From: Callorhinchus milii
Lineage: Eukaryota
Length of the DNA: 64,000 nt
Assembly (NCBI RefSeq): GCF_018977255.1
Contig: NW_024704749.1
Span: 13,888,001 to 13,952,000, forward strand
Direction of reading: 5' to 3'
Of this stretch, positions 63,676 to 64,000 are shown piece by piece (position 1 is the first letter of the stretch; the number at the start of each line of letters is the position of its first letter). The notes under the pieces are model-generated. The model was given only the letters and a program-made list of their open reading frames with translations. It made no database searches and was not told where the DNA came from. The translations under genes and the position numbers were made by a program.

Positions 63676-64000
63676 ATCTCCCGGTGCTGTCTGTACACTG
63701 CTATCAGATTGGATATCAACAATAACAATTCTGCATAAGAGAGGCAATCTGGATACTGTGTGGAACTAGGGAAGAGTAACACCTCTTAGAAAAAGTTGAT
63801 TTGGTCCCGACAAAGAAAGCAACTCAAAATGATCTCATCAAGTGGTGATCAAATAGACCACTTCTGAAGTGTCCATCGCTGACGGATTGATTGACTGAAT
63901 CCCAAGTAAAAATGACATCGGTCACTGACAGGTTGACATTCTGGTTTGCCAAGCAGATACAGTGCATGTTTTCAGCCAAGATAACAACAACAAATTACAT

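Overview
Vertebrate nuclear DNA, most likely a cartilaginous fish (inferred from Deu-domain and tRNA-derived SINEs, CR1/L2 tails and compact introns; a chimaera/holocephalan is my best guess, unverified). I reconstructed five spliced genes by hand. (1) The 3' end of a divergent fibrillar collagen (+, 236-4408). (2) A complete MAN1B1 (+, 11326-22513, 13 coding exons, ~657 aa). (3) A complete DPP7 (-, 41684-25215, 12 exons, catalytic Ser/Asp/His intact). (4) A BTB-BACK-kelch gene nested antisense in DPP7 intron 7 (+, 30735-33756, ~632 aa). (5) A kinase-domain-only LIMK/TESK-family gene (+, 55156-63675, ~318 aa). The most unusual feature is DPP7. Its first exon is a 2.4-kb open frame that puts about 745 extra residues between the signal peptide and the peptidase domain: a Pro/Ala linker, a duplicated poly-Glu + RGD cassette and about 26 PPELIETS-type repeats. 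The predicted protein is ~1229 aa against ~490 aa for typical DPP7. Also notable is a C-rich/G-rich inverted minisatellite upstream of the MAN1B1 CpG island. Most ORFs in the supplied track are artefacts of repeats or antisense frames.
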